A stretch of DNA of 32,000 bases from an uncultured archaeon (lineage in GTDB: Archaea; Iainarchaeota; Iainarchaeia; Iainarchaeales; JAAZKV01): NCBI GenBank assembly GCA_964551375.1, contig CAZKBG010000001.1, positions 630,001 to 662,000 on the forward strand. Reading direction: 5' to 3'. Made by a program: the position numbers and the translations under genes. How positions within the stretch are numbered: position 1 is the stretch's first letter; each line of letters starts with the position of its first letter. Of the stretch, positions 17,570-26,224 are shown piece after piece. The notes beneath the pieces are model-generated. The model was not told the DNA's origin, searched no databases, and saw nothing but the letters and a program-made list of their open reading frames with translations.

Positions 17570-18601
17570 ATGAAAGTGCTGAAAATTGACCGCAAAACAG
17601 GCGAAATAACCTGCATCCCTGAAAATATGGATGACTTGTGGCACCTTGAAAAAATTACTGATAAGAACGATACAGCCTACGGCACAACGGACAGAAAAAT
17701 AAAGCCTTCAAAAGAAGGCGAAAAAACAATCCGGCAAAAGATATTTGTGGAACTTAATATCAGCGATGTTCACTTCACTGAATACAGTGAAAATTTAAAA
17801 ATCAACGGAACAATCATCGGCGGACACCCAGAAGAGTTTATTGAACTCAAAAGCCACCAAAGCATAGAAATCAAAATAGGGGATAAGTTCAAAATCACAA
17901 AGCCTGAAATCAAGCAGTGGCAGATTGACCGATTGAGAAAAGCCGAAAGCGAGAGCGCAAGCGCAAAAATGCTTGTAATTCTGCTTGATGATGAAGAAGC
18001 CGAACTGGCATTTGTAAACCAGTTCTCCATTAATAAAAAAGCTTCAATTAAAGAAAAGAGAAAGGGGAAGAGATTTGAAACGGAAAAGAGCGACTATTTT
18101 GAATTGATATTTGAAAAAATCAGCGGACTAGCGCCGAAGAAAATACTTCTTGCAGGGCCGGGATTTACAAAGGACAATTTAAAGAAATTTATTGATGACA
18201 AAAAAATTAAGGGCTTCCCGCAGGTCATGACTGAAAGCGTCTCTTCAGTCGGCGAAGCAGGATTTAGGGAATTAATCTCGCAGGGAAAACTCAGCGGAAT
18301 TGAAAAACAATTACAGATGACTAAAGAATCAAAATCAATTGAAGAATTCCTTTTTGCGTTATCAAAAGGAAAAGCTGAATACGGCCCAGCAAAAGTGGCT
18401 GAAGCAATCAAAATGGGCGCGGTGGGAAAGCTGATACTTAGCGAAACTTATTTACTGCAGAACAGAAAAGAAGCCGAAAGCGTGCTTGACAGCGCTGAAG
18501 CGATAAAATGCGAAACTGAAATAATTTCATCCAAAAATCCGCAGGAAAAAAACATAAACGGATTTGGCGGAATAGTTGCAATACTAAGATACAAACTTTG
18601 A
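17570..18601 (+). CDS. pelA: Archaeal pelota (ribosome rescue factor)
   Basis: MKVLKIDRKTGEITCIPENMDDLWHLEKIT, then eRF1-like central and C-terminal domains (KKILLAGPGFTKDNLKKFI; LGAV-like GAVGKLILSE). Confidence 0.95.
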   Translation: MKVLKIDRKTGEITCIPENMDDLWHLEKITDKNDTAYGTTDRKIKPSKEGEKTIRQKIFVELNISDVHFTEYSENLKINGTIIGGHPEEFIELKSHQSIEIKIGDKFKITKPEIKQWQIDRLRKAESESASAKMLVILLDDEEAELAFVNQFSINKKASIKEKRKGKRFETEKSDYFELIFEKISGLAPKKILLAGPGFTKDNLKKFIDDKKIKGFPQVMTESVSSVGEAGFRELISQGKLSGIEKQLQMTKESKSIEEFLFALSKGKAEYGPAKVAEAIKMGAVGKLILSETYLLQNRKEAESVLDSAEAIKCETEIISSKNPQEKNINGFGGIVAILRYKL

Positions 18602-18642
18602 AAATGCGCCACAAAAAAGCCAAACTTGAATTTAATAATTAA

Positions 18643-19002
18643 TTAATCAGCTCTTAATTCAAACCATTCAACTTTCTTTTTTTCAACTAAATCGCGAACT
18701 TTCTTTTGAGCGTCATTAAGCGAACTTTTATTTGATTTGAACTCAACAAAAACAATTTTATCATCTTCAAAGCTTATTCCGTCAATTGGCTTTCCAATAA
18801 AACGAAAATTCTGCGAATTATAAGGAAACTTTGAAGAAAACGGAATCCACTGCTCTGTGAGCTGGCCGTATTTAACGCTTTGAGAAGCTTTTGAAAAAGC
18901 AAGTTGAGAATACCTTGACTTAAGATCGAAGAAAAAATAAAGCGCAATAACAAGCGCAATAATAAGGATTAGAATTGCCGCACCAAAGTATAATTCAAAC
19001 AA
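18643..19002 (-). CDS. TM-anchored endonuclease-like protein related to archaeal Holliday junction resolvases (COG4741-like)
   Basis: N-terminal TM, then FRFIGKPIDGISFEDDKIVFVEFKSNKSSLNDAQKKVRDLV (D...ExK nuclease core). Confidence 0.65.
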   Translation of the reverse strand: MFELYFGAAILILIIALVIALYFFFDLKSRYSQLAFSKASQSVKYGQLTEQWIPFSSKFPYNSQNFRFIGKPIDGISFEDDKIVFVEFKSNKSSLNDAQKKVRDLVEKKKVEWFELRAD

Positions 19003-19097
19003 TTAATCACCAATTATCAAACAGAACAAGAGAAACTTTGAATTTAAATCTTAGCCATGCAAATTACCGCTGAAAAATAATGAATTATGCGGCAAAA

Positions 19098-20684
19098 TCA
19101 AATTTTCTTTGACATATAGGGCCCATCTTTTTTATAATCAAAATTGTTTTTATAATACTCCTTAACGCCAAGCCCTGAAATAACTGTAAGCTTATCTGCC
19201 CCAAATCTCTCTTTTGCAATTTTTTCAGCCTCAAGCATAAGCTGTTTTCCCAAACCCTTATGCTGGGCGCTGTCAATAGAATGCGCGCCAAGCGAAAGAC
19301 CTTTGCCGTAAACATGAAGCTCCCTTATAAGAGCTGTTTTTGAAGTAATCTGAGGCATAAACGCAGAGGCTGGATTTCTTAATCTCAAAAATCCAAATAA
19401 AGCATCCTTTGATTCAAAAGAAATAAATGCCTCCTCCTCTTCGCTTGCATCATAATATTCAACCTTAAGCTTTGGATTCAAATCAACAACCTGATTCTCC
19501 CTTGTCATGATTCCAACCTCGCGGCACCTGATGCAATTACACTTCTTGCCGTGCTTTTTGAGCTCTTTTTCAACAAGCTGACGCAAATTAGTCTTCATAA
19601 CGCCTGCGCTAATTACAGTGCTTGGAATATCCCTATTAACCCTCATTACCCTTACCCACTTTGGAACAGTGGATTTTATTTCTGCAAGAAGCTTTGCAGC
19701 AGATATTTCATCCATGGGCTTAAAATCCCCATTTTTCCAATCATCATAAACTTTTGTTCCCTTAATTACAAGACAGGGATAAAATTTTACCATATCTGGC
19801 TTAAACTCAGGATTTGAAAAAATTGATTTAAAATTTTTTAAGTCATTTTTATAAGAACTCCCAGGAAGTCCCGGCATTAAATGATACAAAACCTTAAACG
19901 CAGAATCTTTTAGAAGCGCGGTTGAAGTTACTACATCCTCAACAGAATGCCCCCTGCAAACTTTTTTGTACACTTTATTATCAGGATTTTGCACTCCTAA
20001 TTCAACCCTTGTTCCGCCAAGGTTTAGCATTTTTTTAATATCATTTTTATTGCAAATATCAGGGCGGGTTTCAAAAGTAATTCCAACAACTCTTCGCTTT
20101 GATTTTTCCGCCAAGAGCTTTGCCTGCGAAAGAGAGGAAGTTTTTCTCCCAAGCACTCCATCAAGACTTTTCTTTACAATACTTTCTTGTTTTTGTTTTG
20201 AAAGACACGTAAAAGAACTTCCCTGAAAAATTAACTCAATCTTTTCAGCATTATTTCCAGTAATATCAAGCTGATGAACCCTATTTGCAACAATTTCATA
20301 AGGATCATAATTAAGCCTCTGCGCCCTCAGAGCAGAAGGCTCAAAACCAGTGTAAGATTTTGGCGCGTCATTGCCGTCAAACGCTGACGGACAATAAGTG
20401 CATTTCCCAGGACAGGCAAAAGGAGGAAGCATCACCGCAACAACCTGAACTCCTGAAATGCTCCTTGTAGGCTTGACTGAAAGAAGGGAAAGAACTTTCT
20501 TTGACGGATTCTTTGAATTTGAAAGAATGAAAGGATGCGGAGGCATTTCACTTAACCTCAGCTCTTTGCTCCAAAAAAACTGGCGCTGATTTAAGTCTTT
20601 TTCATTATTAATGACGCCTGACTCAATCTCTTTTAAAATCGAGACGGCAAACTTCTTTTCAGCGGCTGAAAATAACTTACGCAT
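19098..20684 (-). CDS. Elp3-like radical SAM/GNAT tRNA uridine-34 modification enzyme, divergent
   Basis: CPGKCTYCPS, SYTGFEPSALRAQRLNYDPY, GGTRVELGVQNPDNKVYKKVCRGH, C-terminal GNAT GLGVKEYYKNN. Confidence 0.88.
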   Translation of the reverse strand: MRKLFSAAEKKFAVSILKEIESGVINNEKDLNQRQFFWSKELRLSEMPPHPFILSNSKNPSKKVLSLLSVKPTRSISGVQVVAVMLPPFACPGKCTYCPSAFDGNDAPKSYTGFEPSALRAQRLNYDPYEIVANRVHQLDITGNNAEKIELIFQGSSFTCLSKQKQESIVKKSLDGVLGRKTSSLSQAKLLAEKSKRRVVGITFETRPDICNKNDIKKMLNLGGTRVELGVQNPDNKVYKKVCRGHSVEDVVTSTALLKDSAFKVLYHLMPGLPGSSYKNDLKNFKSIFSNPEFKPDMVKFYPCLVIKGTKVYDDWKNGDFKPMDEISAAKLLAEIKSTVPKWVRVMRVNRDIPSTVISAGVMKTNLRQLVEKELKKHGKKCNCIRCREVGIMTRENQVVDLNPKLKVEYYDASEEEEAFISFESKDALFGFLRLRNPASAFMPQITSKTALIRELHVYGKGLSLGAHSIDSAQHKGLGKQLMLEAEKIAKERFGADKLTVISGLGVKEYYKNNFDYKKDGPYMSKKI

Positions 20685-20719
20685 AAAATAAGATTAATAT
20701 GCTCAAATTAAAATAGGAA

Positions 20720-21514
20720 CTATTTGAACACAACAGCAAGTATTCCGTCTATAAAATAACTTGGAAGAAGAGAAAATGAAAAGAAAGGAAATCCCTCAGT
20801 AACAGCTGAAAACTTGCTTGTAATTGTAGGCTTTGCATCAACTTCGTAGGAGAAAACATTCGAAGTGTTTTCATAATCAACTTTAACCTTAAACTCTTTC
20901 TTTCCCTGCATTCTTGGATAAACTACTAAAGTTTCTTCTAAATTCTGTCTTTTTGGAACAACAACTCTTTTTGTAACTTTATCCTTTAAAGAAGCATTAG
21001 CCTGCTCCCAGTCAGCCCTCAAATCAGTTGAAACATCAAAAACAGCCTCTGAATCAGTATTGTTAACAAAGAATAATTTATACTCCACGCTTTTTCCAAC
21101 AACAGTTTCCTGAACAGCAGCGCTTGCTGGAGAAACATTTGTTGAGCCGGAAATTACCGAAAACATAACGCTAAAATCATCAACCCTATTTGCTCCGGAA
21201 AGCTTCAAAGACAAAGGATAATCGCCAATAACTGCATCAGCAGGAACTGAAACAAAAAGCTTTATTGATTCCCTTTCAACCCTGACATCAGACCGAAATC
21301 CTTCAGGAAGAATTGAAACAACATCAAGCTTCTCATACTTGTCAGTTAATTCTTTTGAAAAAATAAGCTCAAGAGTTCCGCCAGGAGAAACAGTTCCTAC
21401 AAAATTCTCGCCAGTGAGAGTAATTTCCTTTGAAAGAGGATCAATTAACCTTACTGAAAAAGCGCTTGAAGCCAAAATTAAAACTACAAGCAAAATGAAT
21501 GCTTTTTTAAACAT
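20720..21514 (-). CDS. Secreted/membrane-anchored beta-rich protein, function unknown
   Basis: N-terminal signal MFKKAFILLVVLILASSAFS, Ig-like beta pattern, C-terminal hydrophobic stretch. Confidence 0.45.
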   Translation of the reverse strand: MFKKAFILLVVLILASSAFSVRLIDPLSKEITLTGENFVGTVSPGGTLELIFSKELTDKYEKLDVVSILPEGFRSDVRVERESIKLFVSVPADAVIGDYPLSLKLSGANRVDDFSVMFSVISGSTNVSPASAAVQETVVGKSVEYKLFFVNNTDSEAVFDVSTDLRADWEQANASLKDKVTKRVVVPKRQNLEETLVVYPRMQGKKEFKVKVDYENTSNVFSYEVDAKPTITSKFSAVTEGFPFFSFSLLPSYFIDGILAVVFK

Positions 21515-21562
21515 ACTAAATCAAACAAATACTTAAAGGAATAGAATAAAAAGGTTATTCTT

Positions 21563-22210
21563 GTGGATAAAAAAAAGCCAATTGACAAAAGAAAAGAGCT
21601 TGCAGCCTCGCAGAACCAAACAATTGACGAAATAACGCGATTTGACATGATAAAAAAGCGCCACAAAGAGACTTATGAAGAAGCGAAGAAAATAGGCAGA
21701 ATGGACGCTGATTTTATCCCGCTCTGCGATTACATAATAAAAACCAAAAATTACTTCACAAGCAGCTCATGCGCCGGAAGAATAGCATTAATTTCACTTG
21801 GAGAAGAAGAAACAAAAATGGAAAGCGCATTTTACAGAAAATGGCACAGAAAAGTAACTGAAAACGAAGTGCTTGAAGCAATAAAAGAATTCAAGGGCAA
21901 AGTGATTTACTTCAAACAGGAACCTCTAATTCTGCACCTTGGAACTAATACTATTGAAAACGCGAGAAAGATTCTTGAGCTCTGCGAAAAAGCAGGAATC
22001 AAAAGAGCCGGAATTAAAGTCGCAAAAGAAGGAAAATTTATTGTAGAAATGCTTGGAACACAAAGCATCACCGCGCCTGTGAAGGATGCTGCAATTACCG
22101 CAAGCGAAGAATATGTTAAATATTTAGTAAAAAAAGGGAATGAGAAATTTGAGAAAAACCAAGCGCTTATACTAAAGCTACACGCGCTTGCAAAGAAAAT
22201 GCTAAAGTGA
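21563..22210 (+). CDS. taw3: tRNA wybutosine-synthesizing protein 3 homolog (Tyw3/Taw3)
   Basis: FTSSSCAGRIALI near the N-terminus, YFKQEPLILHLGTNTIENARKILELCEKAGIKRAGI. Confidence 0.85.
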   Translation: MDKKKPIDKRKELAASQNQTIDEITRFDMIKKRHKETYEEAKKIGRMDADFIPLCDYIIKTKNYFTSSSCAGRIALISLGEEETKMESAFYRKWHRKVTENEVLEAIKEFKGKVIYFKQEPLILHLGTNTIENARKILELCEKAGIKRAGIKVAKEGKFIVEMLGTQSITAPVKDAAITASEEYVKYLVKKGNEKFEKNQALILKLHALAKKMLK

Positions 22211-22257
22211 AATAAAAAAAAAAGTATTTTGAGATTAGAATTTAAAATTAAAACTAA

Positions 22258-23787
22258 TTAGTCAAGCTCGTTAATTGTTGACAACACTTTGTCAGGATTG
22301 TAATAATAACTCTCAATAACTTCCAAAACTTCCATCGGCTTTCTAATTCCCTGGCGAATCATCCACTCAAGAATCCCCTTTCTTACTTTTATTTCATTAC
22401 TTATATCAGTTCGATTCATTGAATTCCTTGAAGCAATTTCCTCAACAACAGCCCCCGCAAGCTCAGTCCGTTTTAATGAATCGCTCTTATCATCATACTC
22501 AAACAAAGTCCCGAATAGAACTTTATCTTCCATTCTTGAAAGCTCGACAATCTGCATAATTCTTCTCTGCGCTCCAATATCTTTCATATGCCTTCTCTGC
22601 ATAACTACAATAATATCCAGAAGAGGAAGCATTGCTTGAGGAACTGAAAGAGGACGCTCCTGAAGTTTTAGAATAGTTTCTCTTGCATTATTTGAATGAA
22701 TTGTGCCCAAACACCCCTGATGTCCTGTATCCATCGCTGTAAAAAGAGTCAAAGCTTCAGGACCCCTAACTTCTCCCACAATAATTCTATCAGGACGCAT
22801 TCTCATCGCGTTTCTCAAAAGCGCATCCATAGTAACTTCGCTTGAAACACTGCTTCTTGCTTCAAGCGGAACCCAATTATCCCTTCCAAGAAGAGCAAGC
22901 TCAATTGTATCCTCAATTGAAACAATTCTTTCATTTAACCTGATAAAATGAGACATGATATTTAGAAAAGTTGTTTTACCGCTTGCCGTTCCGCCCGCGA
23001 TTAAAATATTTTGCGGAGAATTTCCAAACCCATCAACCATCAGCCACAAAAAAGCAGCCGCTTCGGAAGAAATAGTATTTGATTCAATAAGATCAAGAAT
23101 TGTTAGAGGAATTGAAGAAAATTTTCTCACAGTAAGAGTTCCGCCAACAGGGGAAAGCTCGCTTAAAGTCGCATTCACACGGCTCCCGTCAGGAAGACGA
23201 GCATCAAGAAGAGGGTTTTTTGAATTAAAATCCTTCCCGATTGTAAGGGCAACTCTTTGAACAATATCAGACAAATCCTTATTTCCAAGAACTACATTAG
23301 TCTTGCACATCCCAAAACGCTTATGAAAAACAAAAACCTTGTCGTTGGAATTAACCATCAACTCTTCAAGATTATCATCCCTTGAAAAAAAAGAAAGCTT
23401 TCTAAGCCCGATAGAATTATGAAGAACAAACTCAGCAAAGGCTTTCTTTTCCTTGACAAACTTTATTTTTTCAAGAATCTTCTCAAAAGAAACAGAAAGA
23501 AACGCAAACTCGCTCTTTGAAGGAAGCTTTTCATTCAAGCGGTTAACCTGAACAAACGAAACCACCGTGTCATAAAAAGCATCGTTAAAATCTTCCCCCA
23601 CCCCTTCAAATCCTTTCTTAAAAAGAGACTCCTTATTTATCTCCTTCTCCAAAAAATCGGCAAAATCAAACTCTTTTCCAGAAAAAGCAGGCTTCTTTAC
23701 TTCATAAAAATTATTTGACAAACCCTGCTCAATATCCGCAAAATCAGTGGAATCAATCTTCTTCATCCTAAAGTCAGTGAACTTCAT
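22258..23787 (-). CDS. Second secretion/pilus ATPase (VirB11/GspE superfamily), orphan
   Basis: Walker A GGTASGKTTFLN, VSIEDTIELALL, RPDRIIVGEVRGPEALTLFTAMDTGHQGCLGTIHSN. Confidence 0.9.
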   Translation of the reverse strand: MKFTDFRMKKIDSTDFADIEQGLSNNFYEVKKPAFSGKEFDFADFLEKEINKESLFKKGFEGVGEDFNDAFYDTVVSFVQVNRLNEKLPSKSEFAFLSVSFEKILEKIKFVKEKKAFAEFVLHNSIGLRKLSFFSRDDNLEELMVNSNDKVFVFHKRFGMCKTNVVLGNKDLSDIVQRVALTIGKDFNSKNPLLDARLPDGSRVNATLSELSPVGGTLTVRKFSSIPLTILDLIESNTISSEAAAFLWLMVDGFGNSPQNILIAGGTASGKTTFLNIMSHFIRLNERIVSIEDTIELALLGRDNWVPLEARSSVSSEVTMDALLRNAMRMRPDRIIVGEVRGPEALTLFTAMDTGHQGCLGTIHSNNARETILKLQERPLSVPQAMLPLLDIIVVMQRRHMKDIGAQRRIMQIVELSRMEDKVLFGTLFEYDDKSDSLKRTELAGAVVEEIASRNSMNRTDISNEIKVRKGILEWMIRQGIRKPMEVLEVIESYYYNPDKVLSTINELD

Positions 23788-23847
23788 GCAACCACTACGG
23801 CAAAATGCAGATATATAAAGGAAAAGTAGTATAATAAGTTAATCAAG

Positions 23848-25224
23848 ATGATTAGGATGAAAGCCATTTACAACAAAATTCTAAAGAAAATCACGCCCAC
23901 AAAAAGCGAGATTTTAGAAGAACAAATGCTTGTTGCAAAAATACGCGAACAAATAGACTCTCTTGAAGGAAAACACTCCCATCTTGAATGGTGCGGCTCA
24001 AGCGCCCGCGGAACACACCTGCGCGGAGACAGGGACCTTGATTTATTTATCATGTTTGACAAAGCAATGCCGGGAGAAGAGCTTGAAAAAGAAGGGCTTA
24101 GAATAGCAAAGAAAATATTTAAGGGACATAAATGGGAACTTGCCTACTCCCAGCACCCGTACATCCGCGGAGAAATAAAAGGATTTGAAGTTGAAATAGT
24201 GCCATCATACATTGTTGCTAGCGGGGCTGAAAAACAAAGCGCAGTTGACAGAACCCCATTTCATAATAAATATTTACTAAATAAGTTGAGCGCAGAAGAT
24301 AAACAAGAAGCAAGACTGCTAAAACAATTCCTAAAAGGAATAAACGCATACGGCGCGGATTTGAAGAACTGCTCTCTCCCGGGATACGGAGTGGAACTAT
24401 TAATTGTAAAATACGGAAGCTTTGACAATGCAATACTTGAAATAAGCAGATGGTGGGCTGGAAAAATAATTACTTTCTCAAACCAGACTGAAGAAAACGC
24501 AAAAAAAGCATTTGCGAAAGAAAATTACCCCTTAATATTAATCGACCCTGTTGATTCATCAAGAAACGTTGCAAGCGCGCTCTCACGCGAACAATTTGAG
24601 AGAATTGTTTACGCAAGCCAATTGTTTTTAAAAAATCCAAGCGAAAAGTTCTTTTTCCCAAAAAATAAAAAACCGTGGGCGAAGAAAAAAGTCCTAAATG
24701 TGCTTAAGAAAAAAGAGCTTATTGCACTGCACGCGCACTTTCCAAAAAACGAGCTGAGCGACATTGTGTGGGGGCAACTAAGAAGATTTGAGAAAAAAAC
24801 AGCAAACCACTTAAAAGAAAAAGATTTTAGCGTAATGCAAAGCGGGGTATGGAGCGATGAGAAGGAAATAATATTCATGTACGAACTTGAAACCCTCACG
24901 CTTCAAAAGTCAAAAAAAGTAAAAGGACCAATGGCAAGCGACAAAGAGAATACCAAAAAATTCCTTGATAAAAAAAGAAAAATACTTTCAGGGCCAAGAA
25001 TAGAAGACGGACATATTGTTATTGAAATAGAACGCGAAGAAACAAGCGCGCACAAAGTTCTTGAAAAGTTCATAAAACTTGGAAAAAAAGACGAGAAAAA
25101 CGCGGTTAAAAAAATGCTCCAAAAAGCAACTGTTCTAAGCGAAGCCCAGATAATAAAACATTATAAAGGAGAATTCGCAAGCCACTTGACAAACTATCTT
25201 GAAGGAAAAGAAATATTTGAGTGA
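23848..25224 (+). CDS. cca: Archaeal class I CCA-adding enzyme
   Basis: Nucleotidyltransferase motif EWCGSSARGTHLRGDRDLDLFIMF; GFEVEIVPSYIV; length and domain order fit. Confidence 0.92.
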   Translation: MIRMKAIYNKILKKITPTKSEILEEQMLVAKIREQIDSLEGKHSHLEWCGSSARGTHLRGDRDLDLFIMFDKAMPGEELEKEGLRIAKKIFKGHKWELAYSQHPYIRGEIKGFEVEIVPSYIVASGAEKQSAVDRTPFHNKYLLNKLSAEDKQEARLLKQFLKGINAYGADLKNCSLPGYGVELLIVKYGSFDNAILEISRWWAGKIITFSNQTEENAKKAFAKENYPLILIDPVDSSRNVASALSREQFERIVYASQLFLKNPSEKFFFPKNKKPWAKKKVLNVLKKKELIALHAHFPKNELSDIVWGQLRRFEKKTANHLKEKDFSVMQSGVWSDEKEIIFMYELETLTLQKSKKVKGPMASDKENTKKFLDKKRKILSGPRIEDGHIVIEIEREETSAHKVLEKFIKLGKKDEKNAVKKMLQKATVLSEAQIIKHYKGEFASHLTNYLEGKEIFE

Positions 25225-25228
25225 GAAA

Positions 25229-25468
25229 ATGAACAGAGAAGTAAAAAAAGGGCAGAAGTGGATTCACTACAAACACCCTGACAGAGAATACGCAATTATG
25301 GGAATTGCACAGGACTCAGACACGCTTAAAGAAATGGTTATTTACAAAGCGCTGTATAAAGATGAATTCCCTTACGGACAGCTTTGGGTAAGACTGCGCG
25401 AAGAATTCCTTTCAAAAGTAATGAACAAAGAAGGAAAAGAAATTGAGAGATTTACGAGAATCAAATAA
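25229..25468 (+). CDS. DUF1653 family small protein
   Basis: KKGQKWIHYKHPDREYAIMGIAQDSDTLKEMVIYKALYKDEFPYGQLWVRLREEF. The ORF track starts upstream; ATG at 25229. Confidence 0.72.
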   Translation: MNREVKKGQKWIHYKHPDREYAIMGIAQDSDTLKEMVIYKALYKDEFPYGQLWVRLREEFLSKVMNKEGKEIERFTRIK

Positions 25469-25494
25469 ACCATACTAATAAAGCTTGATAAATT

Positions 25495-25505
25495 AAAAAA
25501 AAAAA
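25495..25505 (-). terminator. T11 tract 3' of the tRNA
   Basis: Run of 11 A on the plus strand (T11 on the transcribed strand sense) 4 nt beyond the tRNA 3' end. Confidence 0.4.
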
Positions 25506-25509
25506 GAAG

Positions 25510-25581
25510 CGAGCCCGGAGGGAATCGAACCCCCATCTCGAGATCCGAAGTCTCGCCGGTTATCCATTGCCACACGGGCCC
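25510..25581 (-). tRNA. tRNA-Arg (anticodon UCG)
   Basis: Minus strand: GGGCCCG acceptor pairs with CGGGCTC; anticodon stem CGAGA/TCTCG with loop CTTCGGA; T-arm GGGGG-TTCGATT-CCCTC; discriminator G; CCA not encoded. Confidence 0.92.
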
Positions 25582-25689
25582 TTTTTACGCAGTCTAAATA
25601 ACCCCCAAGTTTTGACTTGAAGCGATATTTATAAACGTTGCTTCTTAGAAAATACTTAGAAAGTTGAATATTTAAGCGTTGGTGAGACG

Positions 25690-25845
25690 ATGAAAACATG
25701 CACATCATGCAATAAAGTAGTAACAAAGAACCACATAGAGTTCAAATGCCCAAGCTGCGGCAAAAACACTCTGGTTAGATGCCAGCACTGCAAAGAAAGC
25801 TCAAAAGAGTACACTTGCAAAGAATGCGGATTTGTTGGACCATAA
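25690..25845 (+). CDS. Small archaeal Zn-ribbon protein (COG2888-like, translation-associated)
   Basis: Manual translation: MKTCTSCNKVVTKNHIEFKCPSCGKNTLVRCQHCKESSKEYTCKECGFVGP, four CxxC knuckles. Missing from the supplied ORF track. Directly upstream of aEF1B. Confidence 0.88.
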   Translation: MKTCTSCNKVVTKNHIEFKCPSCGKNTLVRCQHCKESSKEYTCKECGFVGP

Positions 25846-25884
25846 ACAAAGCTAATTTTTGATTAAAAGAACGAAGGTGAAAAA

Positions 25885-26145
25885 TTGGGAAAAGTAATGG
25901 TAATATTTAAAGTATTCGCGGACCCTGAAAACTTAGACGCTGTATGCGAAAGACTAAAAGCAGTAAAAGAAGGCGCATTTAGAGACTTAAAGAGAGAACC
26001 AATCGGGTTTGGAATCGAAATTATAAGAGTTGGATATGTAATCCCAGACAAAGTTGACGGAGCAATGCCCGCACTTGAAGCAGCAGTAGCAAAAGTTGAA
26101 GGCATAAAAAACTCAGAAGTTGAAGTTGCTACTTTAATTTCATAA
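25885..26145 (+). CDS. Elongation factor 1-beta (aEF1B), TTG start
   Basis: GKVMVIFKVFADPENLDAV..., FGIEIIRVGYVIPDKVDGAMPALEAAVAKVEGIKNSEVEVATLIS. Confidence 0.88.
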   Translation: MGKVMVIFKVFADPENLDAVCERLKAVKEGAFRDLKREPIGFGIEIIRVGYVIPDKVDGAMPALEAAVAKVEGIKNSEVEVATLIS

Positions 26146-26224
26146 AAAAAGACAAACAAAAATAAACACGCTTATTTTGCTTTGAAAAAAGCATTTTTTA
26201 TTACTTCCCAAGCATGAGTTAGCT

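Noticed and set aside
19551-20226. Plus-strand ORFs antisense to elp3
   Set aside because: Overlap the conserved radical SAM domain; no independent support.
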